Assembly: GCA_964187785.1 (NCBI GenBank)
Contig: OZ076413.1
Coordinates: 49,726,001 to 49,790,000, forward strand
Source: Amphiscolops sp. MND2022
Lineage: Eukaryota
Reading direction: 5' to 3'
Length of the DNA stretch: 64,000 nucleotides
The position numbers and the translations under genes are program-made. A model generated the notes under the pieces. The model was given only the letters and a program-made list of their open reading frames with translations, did no database searches and was not told the DNA's origin. This document shows positions 25,216-37,727 of the stretch, one piece after another. Each line of letters opens with the position of its first letter. Position 1 is the stretch's first letter.

Positions 25216-28200
25216 TCTTGCGCACATACAACGTGTTGGTGGACCTGACAGCAATGAAAGTGACTATCCGCAATCCCAAAACACCTTGAATCTTAAAGCC
25301 ACTCATGAGGTAAGCGACCACGAACCATCATTTGTAGTTTCCACTGAAGACGTAATACTAGGTCCATTCGAAAGGAAGATTGTGCGCGCGAAAATCATCA
25401 CGCAACAACCTGACATTTTCCTGTTTCGTAATGTAACGGTCCAGTCATGTAGCATAAAGTCCAGTTCAGTCTTTGTTTCAGAAGATACACTGACTGACTT
25501 ATGTGGGAGAAGGAGGTATAGTATTTTTAGCCATCCGAAACCAAACTGATAAAGAACGGGTGAAAATCAAAGCACAAACTGTTTTTGGCAAAGCGGCGCT
25601 TACCACTTCTGTATTGAACTCTGTTCTTATGCAAACTGAAGGTGAAGCTTCGAAGCTTTCTGCCGAATATGTAAATCAAGTACATAGAAACTTTGATATG
25701 GACACAGTTCAGAATTCAGTTCCTTTGCCCAAAACTTTTTATCTTCGACCGAACCGTCTGCGGCAGGTTTATCAGATAATGAAAAGCGCAAAAGGACAGA
25801 TCCACAGCTGCTAAAAGCAATCCCAGGCCCTGACCTCTCTTCCGTCCTTTCTTCATGGGGGGAAGAGGCGAGAAAAAAGTTAGAAACTATATTAAATGGG
25901 TATGAAGACCTATTCATGAAAAATAAGTCTGACATAGGTAGGTGTAAGATTGCAAAGCACAAGATAGAGCTAGAGCCGGAGGCTATACCACACCGAGAAG
26001 GAGCTAGGCGAATGTCCCCTGATAAGGCGGCGAAAGCCAATCAGGAAGTGCAAAATTTGCTGGCCCTTGGTCTGATACAATCCTCCTACTCTCCGTGGGC
26101 CAGAGGCATAGTCATGGTGAAAAAGAAATCAGGCGAGCTTCGCTTTTGCTGTGACTTCCGCCCGCTAAATGATGTAACAGTGAAGGACGCATTTCCACTA
26201 CCCAGAATCGATGAAAGCCTCTCGAGGATTGGGAATGCAAAAATCTTCACGAGCATCGATTTTGCGTGGGCCTTTTGGCAAATTCCACTGAAGAAGCGTG
26301 ATCGCAGAAAAACGGCGTTCGCGTGTGAACTGGGCCTGTTTGAATGGCGGCGCATGCCCTTCGGGCTATGCAATGCATCGGCCACCTTTCAGCGATCGAT
26401 CACGAGAGCTCTACAGAAGATCCAACAACGACATGGAAGCGTTGTCAAGGCATACATAGATGACATAGTGATTGCGACAGAAACCATTGAAGACCACTTG
26501 GAAAGAATCAGAGAAGTGTTCGAGTGTCTCAGAGAGGCAGGTTTCAAGATGCGAGCAGAGAAATGTGACTTCATGCGCACTGAAACCAAGTACCTCGGAA
26601 GAGTAGTCTCGGTCGAAGGCATAAAACCTGACCCGGCTGCTGTTAGCAAAATCCAGGAATGGATGCCCCCCAGAAACAGAGAAGAATTACAGAGCTTCCT
26701 TGGATTTGCGAACTACTACCGAGATTTCATCCCTTTTCATGCTGCTAAGGTGCAACCTATGCAGGAGTTGTTAAAGAAGAACCAACACTTCTACTGGAAA
26801 GAAAAACACCAAGAAGCGTTCGATGCAGTAAAGCAGGCATTGGTCGATGCCACAGATTTGGCAGCGCCTAACGAAGAAGGACGTTTCGTTCTAGACACGG
26901 ATGCCAGTGCAGTTTCTATAGCCGGCATACTGCACCAAGAGCAACAATACAATGGGAAAACCATTCTTCGTCCTATTGCTTATGGCAGCAAGTCACTGAC
27001 TAAAACACAAATGAATTATGGCGCCCCGAAGCTGGAAATGTATGCAGTATTCTATTTCATCGAGAAATTTCATTCCTACCTTGCAGGTCGGGAATTCACG
27101 ATGCGTGTGGACAACCAGGCTCTCTCGTGGCTGAAGACATATTCAATGGATCAAGCCATGATTGGACGCTGAATTGCCCGCCTCGACCAATATCATTTCA
27201 AGACGATCCACAGACCGCGCACACAACATAGAAATGTGGATGGTCTTAGCAAAAGGACCAATGACTACGTACATCGGGAGAAGATTGTGGAAACTCTACC
27301 AGAAGTGAGCAAGGGATTCAGCTTCAAGCCCCAGAAAGACTACGAAGAAATCCCCACTGTGCCCTATATCGACAAACATGGAAAATTTATCCCAAACCAC
27401 CCAGAGCTTCCATCGGAAGCTCGAGCACAACTTCCAGTGCTGTACATTTTGAAAATGCCACCAAAAGAAGATCTAACCTCAGACCCGTCCCTGAGTTCCA
27501 TACCATGGTACCCACAGGTGCAATGGGAAACAACTCCGACTTCGACCGAAGACGACAGACCGAATTGTATCCTTAGCGTAATAACCAAAGTGCCGGCGGC
27601 ACGTCTGGACACCACCCAACGTGACCCAGCACTGCGTAGATTGCCTACGCAGTGTCAGGAACAAGCTGACGTCCTCAGGCTAGTCGGGACTGAGCTTCAC
27701 GAGCATCAGTCAACAATGCGCGGATTGAAAGATCTTCATCTAGCTCAAAACAGAGATGTACATCTGCTAGCGCTGAAGAAACTCATGAAGAACGAGCCAT
27801 TAGAGGATACGTTGTTCCCCGAAGACGTGCAGGAAATTGCCAAACGGTACTTTAACCAGAAGAAAGTCTTACTGTTCCTGAACCAGAATGATATCTTGTG
27901 TGTCAACTACATTCCGCAGCAACGCACGATGCACATACGACCGTGTATGATCGTCATGCCCCAGCTATACCAACACGAATTCTTGTACAGAGCGCATGAC
28001 GAGTCAGGACACCAAGGCGTTGGTAAAGTGTTGGCAAGAATCCAGGAGCGCCACACTTGGCCAGGCATCAAGCGTGATGTTGTCAATCATATTAAGCATG
28101 CTTAACATGCCAAAAACGAAACATCCCGCTGGGAATCCCTGTTATCCGTTACAAAGTATCAACAGCAGCAATTTTATTGACCTGGTGCAGTTCGACCATT

Positions 28201-31200
28201 TGAAGTTGTGCAAAACAACGTCAGGAAATAATGGACTGCTAGTCATTATCGACCATTTCACTAAATTTGCAGAGGCAATCCCATGTGCACACGACGAATA
28301 TGACGCCCAGACGACTGCAAAGATTATCCTGAACAAATGATTTGCAAGACACGGCACTCCTGCCAGGATGCAATCAGACAATGCCACCAACTTTACTGCT
28401 GAGATTGCTCAAGAACTGATGAAAGCTTCGCAAGTAACCGAAATAACGTCTACTCCAGCTCATCCGAGAGGCAATGGTTCAGTGGAACGTCAAAACCGAA
28501 CATTACGGACCTTTCTCTGAGTCTATACGTCTCGAAGAATGCTTGACTGGGATGAACACACAGACGGAGTCTTGGGTGCTTATAATTCAACCAGACATGC
28601 AACGACCAGATTTTCCCCGTATATGCTTCAACATGGCGCAGAAAAATCCATTCCACTCTCGTTTATATACCCAGAATTCGCAGCGCGAGAGTTTGAGTCC
28701 AAAGAAGAATTTGTGGAGCACCTACTTGCTCGCCAACAAGAAATCCACGAACTTGTTCGCCGAAACACACACCAGGCGCAAATACGACAAAAACAGAGGT
28801 TCGACAAGCATTTGAAAGCAAAAGCTCACGCGGTGGGTGATGCTGTTTGGGTTTTCTGCCACATAATTCCTAAAGGTGGCACCCGCAAACTCCTTCGTGC
28901 CTGGCGTGGACCTCACAAGGTCACAGATGTATTACAAGATGGAAGATTATACAATTTGGATACAGCACAAAAGGTTCACTTCGAACGCCTGAAGAAGCAT
29001 GTGCCCACGCCGTGGGATTGGGCGGCACATCAACCCTTTGGGTTAGACCAGAATGTTGCCATCATCGCAGACCCATACGTGGAGGAAAGTAATGAGGAGA
29101 TAACGTCAGACATATCACGTGACTCATTTCTTCCAGAACAACTGCCAGAGGCATCATTCGAGATGGAACCGACCGCGCCCGTTCCCCCGAGCACGATTCA
29201 AACACGTACTCAGTCTGCTTTGGAACGGGGAATCCCTCGAAGACGATTCAGTCATTTTGGATACCCTTCTGAGTCGGAATCCGACCAAGAACAAATGGGT
29301 CAACCCATTGAAGAACCACAACAACCAATGATCTACCCTGATATCGATGATTTGGAACCACTGTATTCAGATCAAGAGGAAGTCAGGCCAGAACCAACAC
29401 CAAGTCTGATACCCTCGCTATCAGTAACATCAGCACCATTGCTCTCGAACCCAGCTTTAACCGACACATTGAGCAATTTTCCACTATTCAGTTCTCGAGC
29501 TGGTAGCTCGGCAGGACTACAAACTATCGAGGAACCCGAACCCCAAGAAAGAACTGACAGAGAAATTCCAGAACCCGGACACAGCATGGAAACATCGCCA
29601 TCATCGGGGAGAACCGTGAGTAGAAGAGGCAGGCCAAGAGGCAGACCTCCAGATCGTAGAAGAGGAAGTGCCAACTCATCAAGCAGAGCACTCGCAAGCA
29701 CGCACCGACCGTACACCAGATCGAGAGGCAGATTGCGAACCAGAGCACAATCTCAAACCTTGGAACGTGCAATGACACTACCCAACATTGCAGAAAGTTT
29801 ATCATCAGAGCAACCAGAAGCGGAGCAAACAACAACCTCACGAGCACCACCCTATTTGCTGCGACGCAATAGAACTCCTAGATATCGCTGCGGAACATGT
29901 GGTTCCCGTAACTGTAGTTGCGTCAACCTAATTAGTGGAAAACCACCGGACAAGCGATTGGCCCGGGGAGTAGACGCTCCTGCCCCAGACACAGCTATTA
30001 CTGAAACAACGGAAGACCACATGCCACACATCCGAAATATACAAGCTACGGACCAAGAGGTTCCACAAGTACATCATGTTGTGATTACCGTGGAAAAGAC
30101 CTATTCGAGCATTGGACCAGCCGTGGTCCCACCCCTGGAAACTACACTAAAAGCCATGCAAAAAACATCTCCATCAGACTGCCCCACCTACCGATTTAAG
30201 GAATGGACATGGCACGAAAAGAGTGGATTAGAATTCACCTTGACCGCAATCATACCCCCACTCCCACCATCGATGATGTTTTGAAGAATAGAACCAAGTG
30301 ACACACGAATAGCAATGGTCCGCTGTATCACCGCGCGAAGACTATGGCAGCAATATGGTGTAACCTCCCCTCCTGGAGATGTGTATCACCCAACGGCTGG
30401 TTGGTGGCTATTGTTCACCTCTTTGGACGAAACATCACTAGTGACTCCAGGAACTTTACTGATTTGCTTGGAAAATTTGCGTACGCTTGTAGAGTTCGAG
30501 GACACCTTATGCTTCCATCTAGCAGATATTTGTCGTGGGAAACTCCTCAGTCAACATTGGTTACAGCTACTAGCTATCACCTTTTGTCGCCAAGCCAAAA
30601 TACGCCTGTTAGACAAACACACGTATACATTCGAGAACCCAGTGACCGTGCTGGAAGCACTCTCCGTAGTTCACGATTGGTCTTGCACGAACTTGGGAGA
30701 CAGACCTTTACGCATAACAGTGTGGCAAGACCGTAAAGCCATTTTGGATCATCTCGAACCAAGTCAAGACAATCAAAGCACAGTCACGGGAAAACTATTG
30801 ACAACGCATCCGAAGATCAAACCGAACTATCTATCATGGATTTATTACGAAGAAACTGACATTTTGCAAGCCAGGGGTACCGTAGTAATATGCTGTCCGG
30901 CAGATCTTCTGTCACATTCAGCAATGGCGCGCTACGTCATCAGGGAATATGGCCAGGAAGAAATTTTTCGACTACGCCCAGCCGTAGGAAAGGCTATTCA
31001 CCTCACCAGATCACCCGAAACGCCGTGGAATAACGAAATGTTCCTGCTAATCACCAGAGCCTCTAGTAAACACCCCATTTTACATGATGTACTACATCTG
31101 TGCCTGATAGACCTGGTGCAGAAGCTCACACGAGCACAAATCACCCGTATCCATCTTCCCATCTATGACCCTGAAAGATCAATCAACATGCTACCAGCTT

Positions 31201-31325
31201 GGTATTCAATGTTGAAAGATCATTTCATTGATTCCAATATCGACATAGTCCTCCATGATAGGGTGTATGTATCAATTGCGTTAGTGAGGACACACCACAA
31301 CCATGTAAAATCCAAATTTGATTGA
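25215..31325 (+). pseudogene. pol: protease remnant, dUTPase-like spacer, RT, RNase H, integrase, long C-terminal extension
   Basis: RT (RFCCDFRPLN, MPFGLCNA, YIDD), RNase H (DTDAS, KLEMYAV, RVDNQAL), integrase (HDESGH..., IIDHFTKF, SDNATNF, NGSVERQNRT), GPY/F-like WRGPHKV. In-frame stops at 27170 and 30282 plus frameshifts. Confidence 0.93.
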
Positions 31326-31639
31326 ATCACTGTGGCACAAAAAAATGGCAATAAGGGAGGCCACTCGTCCTGTTCTTAGCATATGTGTTGTTTGAGTCAA
31401 TCCCTGAACTAGGTTTTACCGAGAATTGTCGAATCTGTTTTATCTTATTGTCTTTGAATGCTTATCATATCAATTGCATTCATCAGCAAAAATATTTTAG
31501 CTCAAATTGACGTCTGTTGTTTTCCTTTTTCTAGTTCAGTCCTGTCAATTCCCATGCACTTGACGCAGCCAGTCGTATATCATCATATTTGCAGTATATC
31601 CACCATAGTCATTTATCCAAGGTGCTACCTATCTCTTTA

Positions 31640-34600
31640 ATGGATCAATCGGCTAGAACCCGCATGCCAGCTCCATCAACAACAAGCTCGCAACCGAGCA
31701 CCAGCAGAATGGATTAATCACAACCGCCGACGATTGCCACGCAAAAAACTCCCGTGTCCTCGCTGCCTGTCGAAGAATCTCAAACCAGAATTGACTAGCT
31801 TGGTCTGGTCCAATCGACCCTACAAGAGGCCCCTCCTCCATCACTGGTGACCGGGCTATACTAATTGCTCAAATGCAATCTCTCGAAATACATCCGGACT
31901 TCTCCATCTCCATATCAATTGGAATTGGATCTTACCGCAGAACTGCGGAATTCCCCAATGGCGCGTGGCAAGGTCACGATCTCACCCACCATTTTGATGA
32001 CCACAGATCGCACCTGAGATATGGCGAGCCTAATAGGCCTCCCATGGAGCAGCAACGACGTCTTCAAACGAACCTGACGCAAGCACCTGCAATATCGTCG
32101 ATAACTGCCCCCGAGAGCGCCCGCGACTGTCAATCAACGCAACCACCGCCTACACAGCAATTCACATGCCTTTTGCCAACAGTGCCTTCGCCGATATTGA
32201 CGCTCCCACCATCATCCGCCCCAATTAGTGTCAGGCGCCTGGAAGAGAACAACAAACTCATGCTCCCTTCTTCTTTCAGGGGGGAAGGGGTAGAAGAAGC
32301 GCACACGAGCGCGCAGAACGCTGAAGATGCCACCCAAGATACAAGCCAAAGACCGAGAACCATAATGATGCGGAACCCGCTCGACGTGCCCATCATGACA
32401 GATATGATCGGATTTCAAGACTCTTACGATGCCTTGCTACCTTCAACGTCGCAGGACCCACATCACCTAATAGGTTTTCAGGCCAACCCAGAACGCCAAG
32501 AACATCAGAAAAAGCAAGAACTAGCAGAAAGGCAAGCAGCCAAGGCCCCTATCGATCTCCGCGACGTATTGAATCGAAAGGAACAAAGCAAGATCGAACA
32601 GCTAGTCCAAAAGAAAAGGGCCAGAGACTTAGCCAATTCGGATGCAACGAACTCCAGCTCGAATCCTTCCCCAGTGCAACAGCCGGAGCCTAGGCGAGTG
32701 CGATTCTCTAATGAGCTCCTATCGCAGACAGAGGCACGACAGCTTGACATTGCTGCCAGAGACGCGGTGCGTCTGCAGCGAGAAGCGAAATCAGAGAATC
32801 TAGACTCAGGATTGGATGTGCAGAAATTCGAAACAGCTACCAGTAAAGGAGACCCAGAGGATATGGAGAACCTCGAAAAAGCAACGATCGGAATGCATTA
32901 CTTGAGGCCCGTAAAGAAGCCAACACTCCTTCTGGATCCTCCCTGGTTCGAGAGAGTAATGGAGAATCTTCATAAAGACAAGTCATCATTGGTGAGACCA
33001 CTCCCCTCCAAAGTAAAATTGGCCGTACAACGACCGGCAAGATACGATGACCAACTGATGAGAAGCCGTGATTTCATGAGAGACGTAACAACCTTGCTCC
33101 CCATGGGCAAAGAGATGTTGCAAAAGACAAGGATTGCCTTGTTCATGGACTCTACGATGAAAGCAACGGCGAACATGAACAACACCCTGATGGATGTTCG
33201 CGTGATGAACTTGCCCTGCACATCGCTAGAGGAAATGGCCGAGGCAACCTGCAAGGTCTTCGGTCCCACCGTCAACCACGCAGAGACAATTCCATTTCCT
33301 CCGATCCTGATATATAGCAATATGATTGACCACTTGGCTCTTCGAGGAACGCTGAAATACTTTGAAGGAGGCAACCGTAGACTGACGGAAGAAGTGATGA
33401 CAGGAGAGGTAGTTGCGTACGTCGAAGCAATGAGGAATGTGATCAGGCGGGTGCAGCGAATGAAGCCCGTCGTAGGGGTAGTCTTTGTGTCGCCCCCGGG
33501 ATACGTATACTTGCCTAAACCACTCCAGCAACTGTTGTATCTAGTATCAGAAGCATCCTACTCACAGAATTTGTCATTCTACATAATAGCACCGAACCTG
33601 AGAGTGAGTGCCACAACCTGGCGTCCGGGTGAGAACTCTTATTCTGCATTCTTGGCGGAAATCTCGAAAGCCTTGCAGGCTTGTACCGGATACGAGGGCA
33701 ACTTTCAGTTGTTGGCCGATGATGCTACTGCCTTTGACTTTGGCATGCAAATGGCGCACCGCTCCTTTGATGAGAATGGGGTACGCCGAGTCAAGGAGCC
33801 TAATGAAAAGGAACGGGCAAACATGATTGACAACGGATGGTTTGAAAGGAGAGATGAGTCAACGCTAGATGAGAGGACGCACAACGCTAAATTCCACAAA
33901 GAGCTGCTAGCTCTCTTCAAGAAGACAGAAGGAATAAAACAAACTCGGACCGACGCGACCGTTTTTCCAGTGGCGATACAAGCAATCGACGCAAAGCCCA
34001 ACATGGTTCCCCCACCCTGGTATTGCTAACAGTATTAGCTCAGAAGACAGCGCAAGAGAACCGAATGAACCCAGAGCACTCTTACCAATCTTGGCATGAG
34101 ACGCTGCGGGTGACCTTGAATGAAACAGCAGAAAGCCATGGAATTCCCTTCCCCATATTCTTGTATAATATCTCGCCATATTGGGTAACAACGATGGTGC
34201 AGCGTGAAAGCAGCTTAGATGAGCAGCAAGTTAGACTGTATGTAGAAGCAATGCAGAGGGCCACAATTGCTGAGATCCTGGCATACCTGATGGCCGTTGG
34301 TCTAGGCGCCGTCTACAAGGGCCCAGTGCACCTGGTGCAGAGATTGGTCGTAGCTAAAGCCAACTCCTGTCTACTCAGTTTTCTCATATTCACCAAGAAC
34401 CAGCGGAATTGGATTAACGCCATTCTAAACACTTTGGACCCTGCAGGCGCTTTGAAGTTGCGCGCCCAGCTCGCCGAGAATATCGAAACACTATTGGCTT
34501 AGGTTTACTCAGCCTGGGTCAATGTCTCTGGTGTGATGAGCACTTTGGACGACTCGCTGAGTCAAAAACCCAATAGCAATAACCTGCCAGGTTTCCTATT

Positions 34601-35882
34601 CCCGTCGCAGATAGCCAGCCTCATGTTGGTAGAAACAAAAGATCTAGTCCCCATGATCGCACCCATAGTCTGGCCTATATTCGGTTCAATGATGGCCCTG
34701 AGATACCCTACACAGCCGCTTAGAGTTGCCGCAAAAGCACCTACATTATCTATTCTGCATTTCGTGGACCCTGAAGACGACGCCAGACAACCGGATTTTC
34801 AAATGCTAGTGCGCAACTTTGCCAACTTCCGACCACCAATGGCATACACGATAATTAAAGACCAGAAACAGGTCGAGTACAATTTCAGTGCCCTGATCCG
34901 AGCTAGAGCGCGATGCGCTGTTCCTATGTCGCTAGAACTTCATCCAGTAGAATGGTTGCACGCTCCTGTAGAACCCAGCACTGGAGCATTGCAAGGCTTT
35001 GCCAGCTGGGATGAGCCAGGTATTCCCCGAGTACTAACCAATGCGGAACGACGCCTGGGTGGACGAAGAAAAGGCTCCACACCAGAAAGACTCCAGCATC
35101 AAATAATACAAGATGTATCCCAAATGTACAACCCTCGAGTGACACCGCAAGCCGATACAGCCAAAATCCTGTCTGACACTACGCATTGGGCAGACCCGCC
35201 GATAGTGGACAGAATGATCTACCAAGGATTTCAAATTCTGAAGGCGACAATTCCGAAAATCGCAAGAGAACCTAATAGAAAGACCTTGCCCCTGAATGAA
35301 GAGATACCGAACAATCCAAAAATGGCCATGGAAATCTTCATGAGTCTGATAACCAAGCAGAGGGACGAAGGAAATACCGTATTTGACAGTTATTCAAATG
35401 CGATAGGGACTTTCAAGGAAATATTTTTCCGATATGGACGCCAAGACCTCGCAGACCAGCTGCCAGAACTACGCCCAGCGGGCTCGACCTCAATGAGACA
35501 GGCAGCAGGGCACAAGGAGGTTTCTACTGCTGAAAATACATCAACTTCCGTGGTGTCAACCTCAAGTCGAATCAGCATTGCAATAGCTGCAGCACCAACT
35601 AACACCGATGTATCCATCAATGACCCTGAAACAGCTAACCCAACCACAGTCAACACCACCAATGCTACTCCCAATGATCAGACAGTGCCGCTAGAAGCTT
35701 TGGAAGTCACGCCCACGTCGTTGACGAGAACACTAGCAGCCGATATCGAAAGCTAGGTAGATTTGAACGAACTACCTAGCTTGAGTCAGCAAGACCTGCC
35801 GTCATCGGAAGTATTGGCCGTATCATTAAATGAAGTGCTACAAGATGACGATACTACTATGGATGACACTGGCCATGAATGA
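31640..35882 (+). pseudogene. Third ORF in the env position (~1400 codons reconstructed) with an SGNH/GDSL-hydrolase-like domain
   Basis: Pieces 31873-34029, 34023-34502 and 34533-35756 (last two in the same frame; reads on to TGA ~35882). Motifs RIALFMDS, SNMIDHL, VVFVSPPG and WRP...SY.AFLAEISKAL line up with SGNH blocks I, III and V. Start position is approximate. Confidence 0.6.
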
Positions 35883-36348
35883 AACAAGTACTGAACTTGG
35901 CTAATCAAACCAAACTAACCAAAAACGTATTACGCCTCAGCAGTTATCAAAACAATAAGTGCTATTTTAGTTAACAAAGTATTAACATTATTTTGCTAGT
36001 GTAACTACTCGGTGGGTAGGTCCCAGCTTGGAGCCTGCCTTACTGCCAGAACAAGTGCAATTAAAGTTTTAGTAAAAACTTCTCCGCTTCTCTGGCTAAG
36101 TGTCGCAAAAGTGCAACCACCCTTAAAAAAACTTTTAAACTAGCTTGGAACGAATGGTAAGAGTTTTTAAAGAAACTGATTTTTATTTTCCCAGAATGAT
36201 CAAAAAGTGCTAAAATGAAAAGTGCTAAGTCAAAATTTTGAAGTAGTAAGATAAAAAAAAACTGAAAATCACGTTGCTAAAACCATTTGTAAATAGTGAT
36301 GCATCCTTCTTAGTTTGCCGAGGACGACAAACAGTGGCCCGGGGAGGA

Positions 36349-37059
36349 TGTAACGTCCACCAGTCAGCACCAAATTTTCGATAAAAAATTCGATCAAGGA
36401 CCAGAAAGTGTGCGAATCAAAATGGCCGACCTGGCAGGTCGTTGAAATCAAAAAGGAAGCACAAAAAAAGAGACCCCCCACCCCGACCCAGAAAAGAAGA
36501 AAAGACACTGACACGATGTGGAAGAACAAGAGAAATGCTCAGATTTGTGTCATCTCCCCAGAAAAGTGCGTTTTTAATACAAAAACGTTCTGAGATCAGA
36601 TATCCCACAGCAAAGAAGATGAAGAGAATCGCGAATTCAATAGAAACATGCCAGAAGTGCCAATCTTGATTAATTCTGATGTCATTAGTATTAATTTACA
36701 GATTTATGATGATGTCGGATCTGCCAGATCCTTGTAATGGAGTATTTAGACGTAATTTTCTGAAATAGAATGCATTTCAGCTAGAACCCTGTTTTCGGAC
36801 CTCGGGAGTATATAGGACCGCAGGAAGTCTTTAGGAACGTTTTTACATGCTTGTGGGACGTGTCCGGACTTTGAGTGTGCCGGCACGTCGCCACGGAGCT
36901 CTAATAAGAGGAGTCTCCACGGTGTTTTGGAAAAGTCCCTAGGAGACCTTTAGGGACAAAAAACTGGTATTTAGGCTTGTTATAGGACTATGGTTTCCTG
37001 TCTAGGCAACCTAAGTTTTGTCCCAGTTCTGGTATGTGCGTTACTTGCTTGACGTTACA
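36349..37059 (+). repeat. 3' LTR
   Basis: 711 bp direct repeat preceded by the PPT. Confidence 0.95.
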
Positions 37060-37727
37060 AAGAAACTCAACGGGGCCAAATGGTCCCCTTTTCAGTTTTT
37101 TTTTTCGTTTCTGTGAGACTTTTTATCGAAAAAAAATTTCACCGAAGGGTCCCCCTTCACTTTTTTGATATTTTCCGACAGAATGGATGTTGAAAAGTCC
37201 CAAAGGGTCATCACTTTCAGTTTTTTTCGGCATTGTGAGTCTTTTTCAATTTTTTTTTTCATAAAAGGGTCCCCAATTTACCAATACTTTGACATTTTGA
37301 AGTCCTTTTGCTATCTTTGAGCCTTAGATATGGCGCCGACTTGGGACGTTCCCGTCTTGTTCTACTTATTTGTCTAGTAAATCGAGAAATAGCACGCTAA
37401 ACACGGTCTTGGCATAATGACAGCTTGTTAGAACATTCTGATATGTTACCACTAACTCGCAATATAAGACAACCAGATGCAGAAGCTGATGACAGAGTCA
37501 ACCGATTTCGAGTCGGTGTCCAAGTGCCTGCAGGAGAAGAAAAGGATTAGGACGAAGCGCGAATACCGTTTGGAATGATAAACAATCTTGGCTTTCAAAA
37601 ATATAAAATTACTGGATTATGGAAAAATCTTTTCAACCACTAAAAAAACATCAAAAACCACTAAAATGATGTTTAAATATCACTAGAACAGGATCTAATA
37701 CCACCGGAATCACATCTAATAATTACG

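Larger units (their letters stand above)
19493..37059 (+). mobile_element. Very large Ty3/Gypsy LTR retrotransposon with accessory domains and an extra ORF
   Basis: LTRs 19493-20204 and 36349-37059 (TGTAACGT...ACGTTACA), tRNA-Lys-like PBS TGGCGCCCCACAAGGGAC at 20221, PPT GGGGAGGA at 36341-36348, RT-RH-INT order. Confidence 0.95.
19321..37361 (+). mobile_element. Helentron/DINE-1-like element split by the 17.6 kb Gypsy insertion
   Basis: 5' part tttttAGTCGGCGCC (19321-19492) and 3' part ending GGCGCCGACTtGGGAcgtTCCCgtCTTGTT (37060-37361). Confidence 0.6.

Noticed and set aside
5182..35674. Numerous antisense ORFs overlapping retroelement genes
   Set aside because: Shadow frames of long sense ORFs with no independent motifs.
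31873..35756. Classical env glycoprotein
   Set aside because: No signal peptide, furin site plus fusion peptide, Cys pattern or C-terminal TM anchor recognised.
37378..37550. Possible next NDK exon (AKHGLGIM resembles RA.YG..I)
   Set aside because: No acceptor gives the required phase-2 frame and stops follow immediately.
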